From Acinetobacter phage vB_AbaM_ME3, in the sequence record KU935715.1: DNA of 64,000 bases. One strand, given 5' to 3'. How positions within the stretch are numbered: the first letter of the stretch is position 1; the number at the start of each line of letters is the position of its first letter. This document shows positions 38,050-46,996 of this stretch, one piece after another. The notes under the pieces were generated by a model that was given only the letters and a program-made list of their open reading frames with translations, did not search any database and had not been told where the DNA came from. The position numbers and the translations under genes were made by a program.

Positions 38050-38613
38050 TTAAAAATATTTAATAAATTTACTTAAGTGTTTCTTTTTTATTTTAAAAGA
38101 AGTACTTTCAATTCCACCAAACATTTGACAATTAGCTAGTATCTCTGCCCAAGCAGTTAAATACAAACTAAATCCTATCTCTGATTGAATTAGTTCTTGT
38201 GCTTTTTCATCACTTGCTTTTAATATATGGAAATCCATATCATGTTTAACAAGATCATGACCTATTAAGAGATGAGGAAAGAGTTGTTTATATATCTCAT
38301 ATGACACTTGTGCATGATTGGGAAACTGTTGTTTACCTTCTTCATTTACAATTCTACAATAAGGCTTTCCTAAATCATGATAGATTTGATAATGCTTCAT
38401 TGTTTCATAATCTAAGAGAGTAATCCAATTCTTTTTATATACTTCTATAAGGGATTCAGGAACACCTTCAGGTACTACTCCTTTTTCTAAAGAAAGTAAT
38501 AGCTTTAAATATTCATTATTAACCATTAAACCATGTTGATACATATTGACATTTTCAAACTGATAACAGTTCTTCATATCTTTAAGTACCTTATCAAAAG
38601 TTAAGATCTCCAT
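38050..38613 (-). CDS. HD-domain phosphohydrolase
   Basis: H...HD motif: QIYHDLGKPY. Confidence 0.6.
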   Translation of the reverse strand: MEILTFDKVLKDMKNCYQFENVNMYQHGLMVNNEYLKLLLSLEKGVVPEGVPESLIEVYKKNWITLLDYETMKHYQIYHDLGKPYCRIVNEEGKQQFPNHAQVSYEIYKQLFPHLLIGHDLVKHDMDFHILKASDEKAQELIQSEIGFSLYLTAWAEILANCQMFGGIESTSFKIKKKHLSKFIKYF

Positions 38614-38900
38614 AACTGATATCTCCTCAATAATATTCTTTGGTCTTGAGTAAGAGGTTCAGTTCCGAACGCTGTGAGACCATAGTCCCAAGAAGGTTCG
38701 AAGAAAGATATAGTTTTGATACCTTTAGTTTCTAAATCTTTTATAGCTTTCTCTAATTGATATTGATTTTTAACACCAATCACTACTAAAGAACTAGGTT
38801 CAGATTGATCTCTGTCACCTAAATATATTCCTGCTTCTAAAGCAGCATGGCCAGCTTGAACTATTTGTTGTTCAACTGGAATATCTCTTCTAACAAACAC
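38601..38900 (-). CDS. hypothetical protein
   Basis: ORF track. Confidence 0.5.
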   Translation of the reverse strand: MFVRRDIPVEQQIVQAGHAALEAGIYLGDRDQSEPSSLVVIGVKNQYQLEKAIKDLETKGIKTISFFEPSWDYGLTAFGTEPLTQDQRILLRRYQLWRS

Positions 38901-38978
38901 ATAAGTATGTTTTTTATTTTCATGAATCTAAGTCATTAATTTTTCTCTATAAGTTAATATAAATTTTTGTGAGTTTAA

Positions 38979-39197
38979 TTACTTATTCCAAGTCTTAAAC
39001 AGTTTCAACACTTGAGGTTTAACTGAGTAAACAAAAGTACCATTAACAAACTTAGCATTAGTTAATTCATTCCAAAGCATAGTACTACTAAGATTATTAT
39101 TAACCATAAAATTATATAATTTTAAAACTTCCATATGTTCAGGAAGTTCACCATCTTTTTTAATTTGAGCTTTAATTCTGTTTAATACTTTACTCAT
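38979..39197 (-). CDS. small protein, paralog of 29512..29736
   Basis: Shared MSKVLNRIKAQIKKDGELPEHMEVLKLYNFM core. Confidence 0.55.
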   Translation of the reverse strand: MSKVLNRIKAQIKKDGELPEHMEVLKLYNFMVNNNLSSTMLWNELTNAKFVNGTFVYSVKPQVLKLFKTWNK

Positions 39198-39347
39198 GGT
39201 ACCTCCTGTTTAAGATACTGGCGTTGCCAACTGGGAGTCTAACCCTAATAGAACTTCAATATTATAACCATGTCTAGAATATTATAATATCGTCTACAGC
39301 CTTTCTCCTTCGAATGGAGCTGTGCTACGTACACTATGACAACATTG

Positions 39348-39421
39348 TGGTCCAAAATCTGAGATTCGAACTCAGACGCAGGGTTTTAGGGACCCCTGTG
39401 CTACCATTACACCAATTCTGG
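39348..39421 (-). tRNA. tRNA with encoded 3' CCA; anticodon loop CCCUAAA gives a predicted CUA (amber-reading) anticodon with unusual C33
   Basis: Minus strand: CCAGAAT-TG-GTGT-AATGGTA-GCAC-A-GGGGT-CCCTAAA-ACCCT-GCGT-CTGAG-TTCGAAT-CTCAG-ATTTTGG-A-CCA (74 nt, every stem pairs). Confidence 0.65.
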
Positions 39422-39426
39422 AAAGG

Positions 39427-39639
39427 TTACTTCTCAGATGCAGCTAATATACCACAACAAAGAATTAAAGCTACAAACAAACTACCACCAAATTGGTAGA
39501 ATGGTGTAGCATAAGAAGGAGTAAAATAGTTCGTAAAAGCAATAGCAACAATAGCACTAATAACTACTAGTAAAACCATAGCTATGATTATGCCTACACC
39601 TATTAACATACCTTTAAGAAATTTCAATATGATTTTCAT
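39427..39639 (-). CDS. small 2-TM membrane protein (holin-like topology)
   Basis: Two hydrophobic helices in 70 aa. Confidence 0.45.
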   Translation of the reverse strand: MKIILKFLKGMLIGVGIIIAMVLLVVISAIVAIAFTNYFTPSYATPFYQFGGSLFVALILCCGILAASEK

Positions 39640-39782
39640 TTTGTTTTATCTGATCTAAAGTATCTTCTTCAGCTTGCATGTTTACAAATAATTTAATCTG
39701 TTTTTGAAATATATCTTTCATATCATTTGAAACATTTTTAAAGTTAGGAATTGCTACAGGTTCATCATTCCAAATAGAATTT

Positions 39783-40013
39783 TTATTTGACATAAGCTAA
39801 AGCCTTAGTGATTGTAGATAAATGCATCTCTTCTACTTTTAATTTTAATTGTTTAATATCTTTTATTTCGTTAAAGAATTTAGAACGAATACCAGTAAAA
39901 CTAAAAAGAGTTGTATCTTTAGTTGTTTTATCAATATGTACAAATCCAAAAGATGTTTGAGCTGTAAAACTTAAAGGAGATTCAATCCACTTTATTTTAA
40001 TAACTTGAGCCAT
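39783..40013 (-). CDS. hypothetical protein
   Basis: ORF track. Confidence 0.5.
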   Translation of the reverse strand: MAQVIKIKWIESPLSFTAQTSFGFVHIDKTTKDTTLFSFTGIRSKFFNEIKDIKQLKLKVEEMHLSTITKALAYVK

Positions 40014-40024
40014 ATAACACCTAA

Positions 40025-40462
40025 TTAACGATAGCTTATCATACCTAAAGATTTTAATTTTGAAATAATTGCACCTGAAGATCTTTTATGTAATCGAGCA
40101 ATTTCTTCGATACTAAGTTTTTTATTAACCCATTCATCTCTTAAGGCTTTAACTTCTATAGTAGTCCATTCTGAGTATCCTCTATAATCAAAGTAATGAT
40201 TATATTGAGTAACTTCTCTATCTCTTTTTCGAGTTTGCTCTGGACTAGAATACATAGTTGGATAGTAATGTATTTCAGTTTTAATTGGATCAGGTAATCT
40301 ATTTACTTTTCTATCTAATTCTTTTTTCAGCTCTTCTTTAAGTCTTTCTTCTGTTTCTAATAAGAGTTTTTTAAAGTTACATATAGTAATACTGAGGACT
40401 AGGAGGAAAATAGCTGTCATACCTACAACAGTAGCTATTAAATCATTCATACTTGATTCCAA
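40025..40462 (-). CDS. membrane-anchored protein with C-terminal HTH-like domain
   Basis: N-terminal TM; C-terminal WTTIEVKALRDEW...IARLHKRSSGAIISKLKSLG, similar to the RS-A-LG helix of 16389..16787. Confidence 0.5.
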   Translation of the reverse strand: MESSMNDLIATVVGMTAIFLLVLSITICNFKKLLLETEERLKEELKKELDRKVNRLPDPIKTEIHYYPTMYSSPEQTRKRDREVTQYNHYFDYRGYSEWTTIEVKALRDEWVNKKLSIEEIARLHKRSSGAIISKLKSLGMISYR

Positions 40463-40900
40463 AACAATAAGAAAGAAATATTAAAAAGACAAGGTAAAAA
40501 CCTATATTACATATAATTAATTGAATTATTAATGAGAAGTTAATCTTAGGAGCAGAATTAATCATACCTAGTGTACAAACACAACAACCTAGTAATGATA
40601 GATAATGAATTACTTCATACATATAAATTCTCTTTAAAGATGGATAGGACAGAAGGAAAGGTAAAACACGAAAAACAACAACACAGGAGATATGTAATCC
40701 TATCCATCTTTAAAGAGAACGTAAAGGAGTTTTAATGAGACTATTAATATTCTTCACCATCATCATTACTCTCCTTTAAATTTTCTTCTAATTCTTGAAT
40801 ACCTTCATTGATATGCTCTTCATCATCTAATTCATAATCTTTCTTAGAATTAGAATGAATCGAAGATTTATTAAAGGTATTCATATGCTTTGCTATAAAG

Positions 40901-41167
40901 TTATTTTTCATAAGGAATAAATTTCCAACGATCTAACTTTCCATAATATTGCAACTGATGATTCTCTAGAATATAGACAAAGCCAGAATCTTCTTTTTCA
41001 CATTTATTTAAAAAAGATTGAATAGTTTTTGAACTTATAACTTTAGAAGGAATCTTACAATAATGAGCATTGTCATAATAACGATAGAAATGTAATTGTG
41101 GTTTTGAATAAATAACTTCATCATAAACACAATCTAACATTTCACTAAATAAGACAAATTTAAACAT
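40901..41167 (-). CDS. hypothetical protein
   Basis: ORF track. Confidence 0.5.
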   Translation of the reverse strand: MFKFVLFSEMLDCVYDEVIYSKPQLHFYRYYDNAHYCKIPSKVISSKTIQSFLNKCEKEDSGFVYILENHQLQYYGKLDRWKFIPYEK

Positions 41168-41822
41168 TTACATTACTCAGTTTTTCTATTTCATTCATAA
41201 CTCTACTAGGTGGAAGAGTTAGTACTAATTTAAAGTATTTTCTACAAGCTTTTAAAGTTTTAGGATGAATACTAAAATTCAATCTAGAAGCGAACCTATA
41301 GACTCTAAGAATTCTAAGATGATCTTCCAAAACCCTCTCTTCTGCTTTGCCATTAAAACGTATTACCTTATTGTTAAGATCATTCAACCCTTGTTTAGTT
41401 GGATCAAGTAATGTATTAGAAAATGGATCATAGTAGAGAGAATTAATAGTAATATCACGTCTAATAGAATCTGTTTCAATTGTTCCTATTGAAACAGTTT
41501 CAGGTCTTCTTCCGTCTGTATAAGTACCATCTTTACGGAACAAAGCAACTTCATATTGCTTTCCATGTTTAGAAGCAATTAACACTAAGAAAGACTTTCC
41601 AGCTTCATTAATATCCCAACCATTTTCTAGTAAAGATGATTCAATATTATCCAAGTTTCCATCTGTTACTAAATCAAAATCGTTAGGAATATCACCTAAT
41701 AATAAATCTCTAACACAACCACCAACTAAATATGTATTAGTGGAATGATTATTAATAATGAGAAAAAGTTGAAGAAGAGTTAAATCAGAGACAATAGGAC
41801 GAGTATTCATATTATTGACCAA
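41160..41822 (-). CDS. Pol-beta-superfamily nucleotidyltransferase, CCA-adding enzyme/poly(A) polymerase head-domain-like (220 aa, no body/tail domains)
   Basis: LVGGCVRDLLLG...DFDLVT (the GGxVRD...DxD motif of class II CCA-adding enzymes). Confidence 0.6.
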   Translation of the reverse strand: MVNNMNTRPIVSDLTLLQLFLIINNHSTNTYLVGGCVRDLLLGDIPNDFDLVTDGNLDNIESSLLENGWDINEAGKSFLVLIASKHGKQYEVALFRKDGTYTDGRRPETVSIGTIETDSIRRDITINSLYYDPFSNTLLDPTKQGLNDLNNKVIRFNGKAEERVLEDHLRILRVYRFASRLNFSIHPKTLKACRKYFKLVLTLPPSRVMNEIEKLSNVNV

Positions 41823-41891
41823 AAATTCCTAAGAGGGTATTACAAATACATAGTACTACTACAATAATACAGATATACTTTGCTGGCATTC

Positions 41892-42533
41892 TTAAACCTT
41901 TATGAAAAAACGTATAGTGCTATTACCTTGAGGATCTGGAGTCATCCAAAAATCTGCTTTTATATCAGGAAATAACTTAACAATTGCTTCTAAAATAGAT
42001 TTTGCTTTTTGATTACGAGCTTCAATATTTCTTATTTGAGAATCAGATGAAATACGTACATCCCACATGTTATATACATTATTCCAAACTAATTTAATCA
42101 GTCGTTCCGTATCTAAACCATAAAGATGAAATAGACTTACTAATTGATAACGAGTTACTTTTGCAAATTTATCTTCTTCTTGGTAAGTCCAAGGAGTAAC
42201 TGGAGAGAAAAATTGATAATGTTGTTTCTCACTAATACGATAATTACATTTAGATACATCTTTAACTAAAGTTAGTAGATTTTCAATGTCAATTGTATCG
42301 TAGTTAACTCTTTGTCGTAGTACTATTGGTTTAGACCGAACTTGTTCAATTTCAACAATTTTATAATAATTATCAAACATATGATAAAGTTTACATACAA
42401 ATTCAACATCGCCAATAGTAATAACATTAAGTTCAGATGTATTAATTACATATGAAGCTTTAATAATCCAAGTACCATCTTCACATTTAATTACACTTGA
42501 CATGCATTTAGAAGAGTATGAAAGACTACTCAT
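41892..42533 (-). CDS. hypothetical protein
   Basis: ORF track. Confidence 0.5.
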   Translation of the reverse strand: MSSLSYSSKCMSSVIKCEDGTWIIKASYVINTSELNVITIGDVEFVCKLYHMFDNYYKIVEIEQVRSKPIVLRQRVNYDTIDIENLLTLVKDVSKCNYRISEKQHYQFFSPVTPWTYQEEDKFAKVTRYQLVSLFHLYGLDTERLIKLVWNNVYNMWDVRISSDSQIRNIEARNQKAKSILEAIVKLFPDIKADFWMTPDPQGNSTIRFFIKV

Positions 42534-42852
42534 AAATTGATCCTGACTCTATTACAGTATAGAAGTTAATATACGTATATAAGTTAAAGTTTGGAGGGAA
42601 AGACTTGTAAGAATCAAAAAATTCAGATCCACCATTCCCCTCTACTTTAACTCTAAATTTATTTAACAAAGTATGTAATCTTTTTTCAATAATTGAAACT
42701 TCTTTACGTTTTGCATAAACCCACCAACCACCTGATATCACTTTTCCATGTATACGAGACAATTGTTTAACCCGTTTATCCAGATTCTTTGTAATACCAA
42801 TCTTAGTTAATTCTGGGTATTTTTCAAACATTAAGAAGTATAAAGTATACAT
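42526..42852 (-). CDS. T5orf172/GIY-YIG-like domain protein
   Basis: LYFLMFEKYPELTKIGITKNLDKRVKQL. Confidence 0.45.
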   Translation of the reverse strand: MYTLYFLMFEKYPELTKIGITKNLDKRVKQLSRIHGKVISGGWWVYAKRKEVSIIEKRLHTLLNKFRVKVEGNGGSEFFDSYKSFPPNFNLYTYINFYTVIESGSIYE

Positions 42853-42853
42853 A

Positions 42854-43273
42854 TTAATAACCTAAGTCTTTAAATATTTTTCCTGAATCATAATCTTGAG
42901 CATCAAAATATTGTTTGCACTCTTTATGAAACTCTTTAAAATTTTGAAGAGTAGTATGTATTGGATTAAGTACAGTAAGAAGAGAAAGAACTGTTTGAAA
43001 TTTAATTGTTTTAAAATTTAAAAGAGAGAGAAGTTGATTCACTTTCTTAAGGTCTTTCTCTTCACCATTCATTAAATCTTCAACAAACAGAATAATTAAA
43101 TATATTACTTGATCAGTTGTATATACTTCTTCTAATTGATTTAAAAGTGATGATCTTTTTCTTACAGATTTATTATCGTAATACAGTGAGTCCATATACA
43201 TAGCTTCACTGTACGTTAACTCTATAGGAATATGAGAAAATTTACTCATACAGTTACTCACTATCTGAAACAA
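42854..43273 (-). CDS. hypothetical protein
   Basis: ORF track. Confidence 0.5.
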   Translation of the reverse strand: MFQIVSNCMSKFSHIPIELTYSEAMYMDSLYYDNKSVRKRSSLLNQLEEVYTTDQVIYLIILFVEDLMNGEEKDLKKVNQLLSLLNFKTIKFQTVLSLLTVLNPIHTTLQNFKEFHKECKQYFDAQDYDSGKIFKDLGY

Positions 43274-43448
43274 TACCTATTAAAAATTCTATAGGAATTT
43301 GTTCAATGGTTTTTGAACGATTTTTTAAAACTACTAAAGCTTTTTCTTGATTAGCTGTTATAAGCAAACCTTGTAAACCCTTATGTAAGCCATTATAAGG
43401 ACGAACTAAAGCAACTAATTGATGCCCATAAATATCTTTTAATTTCAT
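43254..43448 (-). CDS. hypothetical protein
   Basis: ORF track. Confidence 0.45.
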   Translation of the reverse strand: MKLKDIYGHQLVALVRPYNGLHKGLQGLLITANQEKALVVLKNRSKTIEQIPIEFLIGIVSDSE

Positions 43449-43663
43449 TTAATAGATTGATACCACTTAGCTATTTTACCAGTGTGCCATAAATAATAAA
43501 TGATTAAAGATAGAATGCCTGCACCACATAAAGTACAAATCATTCCTACAGTAACAACACTATACAATAAATATGTATGTTCTTGAGATACTGGGGCTTT
43601 CTTATCAGCAAGAATAAATCCAATTGAAAGTAAGCTTACAACAAGAAGAAATAATATAAACAT
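43445..43663 (-). CDS. small 2-TM membrane protein
   Basis: Two hydrophobic helices. Confidence 0.5.
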   Translation of the reverse strand: MFILFLLVVSLLSIGFILADKKAPVSQEHTYLLYSVVTVGMICTLCGAGILSLIIYYLWHTGKIAKWYQSIK

Positions 43664-44010
43664 TATTCAACTCCTTTAAATATTTTAAAACTATCTAGAA
43701 TTAACAAAGATTCTGAAGGAATACTAAATTCAGTAAACTCAATTCGATTTTCTTTGAAATATTCATAAGTGGACATGAAATTGTTTAAGACAATCCAAGC
43801 AGAGTAAAAACTATCTGCACTTCCAAAATGATCAACATAATGCTGAAAGTAATGAAAGAAAAACTTATTATCATCAACAGTTAATGGAAGCTTTAAAGTA
43901 TTTAAAGGTACTTGAAGATTGTTTAAAGATTCGTATAAAGACGTATAGACATCAATAAGTTGTCTATACGTCTTATCTACGACTAATACACTTAAAGTGA
44001 CATTAATCAT
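43663..44010 (-). CDS. hypothetical protein
   Basis: ORF track. Confidence 0.5.
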   Translation of the reverse strand: MINVTLSVLVVDKTYRQLIDVYTSLYESLNNLQVPLNTLKLPLTVDDNKFFFHYFQHYVDHFGSADSFYSAWIVLNNFMSTYEYFKENRIEFTEFSIPSESLLILDSFKIFKGVE

Positions 44011-44506
44011 CTACAGCCTTTTTCTTTTTACACTTACCTGTAAAGTTATTAAGCTTACTATCATGAACATATTCAAGTGCAACTTCACCACCTTTATGTA
44101 CAAAGGTAGCAACTTTACGGAATGGAGCTACTTTTTCAAACTTCTTGATACGTGCGTAAGCTTTAGCAGCTGAACGAGTAACAGGAATTGGTTGAGAATA
44201 AGTATTAGCTACTTGTGAAAAATGTTCTACAGATTTAATAACAATTACTTGACCTTTACTATTTAAGTAAGGAACAAAAGTCATTGCATTACGTAACGAC
44301 TCTTTAACCCAGCCAAGTTTTGCTACAGGTTTAGTACGAATTTTACGAGAAGCAACACCAGCTAATGCTGTTACTGCTTGTTGATCGTTAGGGTGAGCCT
44401 TAAGATGCTTGGCTAATTTACGCTTAGCATTCTTAGAGAAATTACCTTTCATTGCATATGAAGTAAATTTTGCTTTACGGCCAGCACCAGGCTTAAGTTT
44501 AGACAT
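44003..44506 (-). CDS. highly basic (Lys/Arg/Ala-rich) protein, candidate nucleic-acid-binding protein
   Basis: MSKLKPGAGRKAKF...KRKLAKHLKAHP and a basic C-terminus. Confidence 0.5.
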   Translation of the reverse strand: MSKLKPGAGRKAKFTSYAMKGNFSKNAKRKLAKHLKAHPNDQQAVTALAGVASRKIRTKPVAKLGWVKESLRNAMTFVPYLNSKGQVIVIKSVEHFSQVANTYSQPIPVTRSAAKAYARIKKFEKVAPFRKVATFVHKGGEVALEYVHDSKLNNFTGKCKKKKAVDD

Positions 44507-44667
44507 TTCTTTAATCCTTTTTTGGAAATTAATTGAAATAAAAAGAGAAATACACAGAGAAGTTTTAATTAGTCTTCAGAATTATCAATCACAATTGAAG
44601 CATAGTAATCTAAGCGACTATTGATCTCACTAATACTTTGAGCTAATACAGTTAATTTAAACATTAG

Positions 44668-45069
44668 TTATCCTTTAATAACACTTGTCATTTTTACATT
44701 TAATTCTACTTCAACCACATCATGATTTTCATAATAATGTACTAGTTGACGTAGAACAGGTTCAGGGATTGTTTCAAATACTCGTTCCTTAAATGTAGGA
44801 ACTTGAGGAGTATATGTTTGATCTTTTGTTTTAGGAATTTCTTTAATAGGTGTCTTAGTTTTCTTAGCAAAAACATCTTTTGAAGAAAGCAACTCTTTAG
44901 TCAATGGAACAATTCCATTGATATGATCTTTATAACGTTCCCAGCGACCTTTATTATAAAGTTCATAACTATCTTTTTCTCTTTGACGAAAAATAGTTAC
45001 AGTGTTCTTCTTTTGATTAAAGCGAACATGTGTAGAAGTCTCAGGAATAAATGTGTTACTTAAATTCAT
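44668..45069 (-). CDS. hypothetical protein
   Basis: ORF track. Confidence 0.5.
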   Translation of the reverse strand: MNLSNTFIPETSTHVRFNQKKNTVTIFRQREKDSYELYNKGRWERYKDHINGIVPLTKELLSSKDVFAKKTKTPIKEIPKTKDQTYTPQVPTFKERVFETIPEPVLRQLVHYYENHDVVEVELNVKMTSVIKG

Positions 45070-45076
45070 TTTAGAA

Positions 45077-46522
45077 TTACTCTTTAACTAATGCATAACG
45101 ATCTACTAATAGCGTTTCTTTCATAATAGCTTCAGGTGAAAACTCATCTAAAGTATTAGAACAAACTGCTTTTAATAGAGAAGGAGAAAAGCTAGATAAT
45201 AAACAAGCACCTGATTCATCATATTTAACAGGAAAGTTATTATTAGAAGGAGTGTTAAGAACCCAAAAGATTAATTTAGGACATTTTAATCCTGCTTCTT
45301 TAAACTTAACTTGAGCATCAACATATGCTGAGCTTTCACGAGAATTAAAATTAAACTGAGTGTCACTGAAGAAAACTAAATATTCAGGTAATTGATCTGA
45401 AGAAATATTATTAGAAACTACTAGATCTAATAGTAGTTTAAAGACACCTTCAACATTTGTACTATAACCAACTTGACTTTGAGCAATAAGATCATAACGC
45501 TCTTTTAAAGTTTTACAATCTTTGAGATCAACAAAAGAAGGATGATCTGCAAATGTAGTTACAAGGTTTTTAAATGGACCTTCAATACGTTCACTGATGT
45601 AAGCACCTAAAGTAATTGCAATATGTTTATATGTTGCATTACCTACAGCAGGAGCTTCCATTGAACCACTTAAATCAACTACAGGAAGAATCGATAAACC
45701 TTCTTTAATTAAATTAGGAAAGCTATTCCACTGAGCTTCTACAACAGGATTAGGTTCGAAATAAGGAGAATAACGAGACCCTAATATTGAATAAACTTCA
45801 GAAATTTCATGAAGAAATAATGTAGACGAATTTAAAGTTGCAGTTCCCTCACTCACTTTATTAATAAAATCATTAAAACGATCTGAGTCTTTAGACAAGA
45901 ATGTATTTTTATAACGATTAAAAGCTTTAGAAGGAACTGTACTATAATCTATTTCAGCGATACGATGCTCACACAATAAACGTTCAGTAACTTTAGCTCG
46001 TAAAGGGACAATTAACTGTCTTAATTCTTTAGGAGTGACCTTAAGATAAGAACGTAACATAGATGCAACATTGCCTTTCAAAGGTAACCACTTTGCAACT
46101 AATATCTGAGTTTCAGGATTTTTCAAATGTTCAGCTAATAGTCGAATAATCTTTTTCTTAATACGAAGATCAACATCACATTCTACTAAATTAAATAAAT
46201 CAGGATAATACCCTAACTCTACAATTTTAGATAAAAGATTAGTTTTTAAAAATACATCAATATCTATATGAGCTAAATGAATCATACAGAGATTAAATGA
46301 ATTACGAATACCTTTACCTTGTCTAATATCACGAGAATTCAAAAGATTACGAATTGCTAAATCTTTGTCTTCTAGATAAGCTTTTCGAAAATCTAAAATA
46401 GCTTCTTGAGAATAGTTAGGATCACCTAATTTAACAAAGAAATCTAAATTATGAGAAGCAGTACTAGAATAAGCTACTGCCCCATTAGTGGTTTGTGTTT
46501 TTAAAGCTGTTGCTGCAAACAT
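45077..46522 (-). CDS. vWA-domain protein, possibly a Ro60/TROVE-like RNA-binding protein
   Basis: C-terminal-half MIDAS-like motif VVDLSGSMEAP; 481 aa with a long N-terminal domain, matching the Ro60 TROVE+vWA layout. Confidence 0.4.
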   Translation of the reverse strand: MFAATALKTQTTNGAVAYSSTASHNLDFFVKLGDPNYSQEAILDFRKAYLEDKDLAIRNLLNSRDIRQGKGIRNSFNLCMIHLAHIDIDVFLKTNLLSKIVELGYYPDLFNLVECDVDLRIKKKIIRLLAEHLKNPETQILVAKWLPLKGNVASMLRSYLKVTPKELRQLIVPLRAKVTERLLCEHRIAEIDYSTVPSKAFNRYKNTFLSKDSDRFNDFINKVSEGTATLNSSTLFLHEISEVYSILGSRYSPYFEPNPVVEAQWNSFPNLIKEGLSILPVVDLSGSMEAPAVGNATYKHIAITLGAYISERIEGPFKNLVTTFADHPSFVDLKDCKTLKERYDLIAQSQVGYSTNVEGVFKLLLDLVVSNNISSDQLPEYLVFFSDTQFNFNSRESSAYVDAQVKFKEAGLKCPKLIFWVLNTPSNNNFPVKYDESGACLLSSFSPSLLKAVCSNTLDEFSPEAIMKETLLVDRYALVKE

Positions 46523-46537
46523 TATGTTATTACCTAA

Positions 46538-46978
46538 TTATCGAATACGTTTATGAAAAGATATAAAATCAGGATCATCTATAAAACGTTTAAACATTTT
46601 TAGATTATATTCTGAAAAAGGAGAAGAGGAAGGGTTGGTTAATTGTTCAGGAGTTACATACTCTACCTTAGCTCCTTCTTTATTCACAAAAGGAAGTTTT
46701 GGTAAGTCTTTAACAACACCATCATATACATAAGTTAATGTATCATACTCACCATCCCAATCTTGGAATAGAAACATTAATTTTGTAGGATCTAACTCAA
46801 TACCTACTTCTTCACGAACTTCACGAACAAGTCCTTGAATTAATGTTTCTTCTTCCTCTGCCTTACCACCTGGAAGTCCTAATAAATTATGATTGTCTTT
46901 ACGTGATACTGATAACACCTTAGAACCAGTTTCTGGATCAGGGTAGAGTAAGAGTATAGCTTGTTTTAAATCTTTCAT
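46538..46978 (-). CDS. Nudix hydrolase
   Basis: Nudix box GGKAEEEETLIQGLVREVREEVGIEL. Confidence 0.75.
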   Translation of the reverse strand: MKDLKQAILLLYPDPETGSKVLSVSRKDNHNLLGLPGGKAEEEETLIQGLVREVREEVGIELDPTKLMFLFQDWDGEYDTLTYVYDGVVKDLPKLPFVNKEGAKVEYVTPEQLTNPSSSPFSEYNLKMFKRFIDDPDFISFHKRIR

Positions 46979-46996
46979 TACGAGCTTCCTATAAGC

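Noticed and set aside
39314-39499. Plus-strand 61-aa ORF
   Set aside because: It overlaps the well-formed minus-strand tRNA (39348..39421) and the start of the membrane-protein gene.
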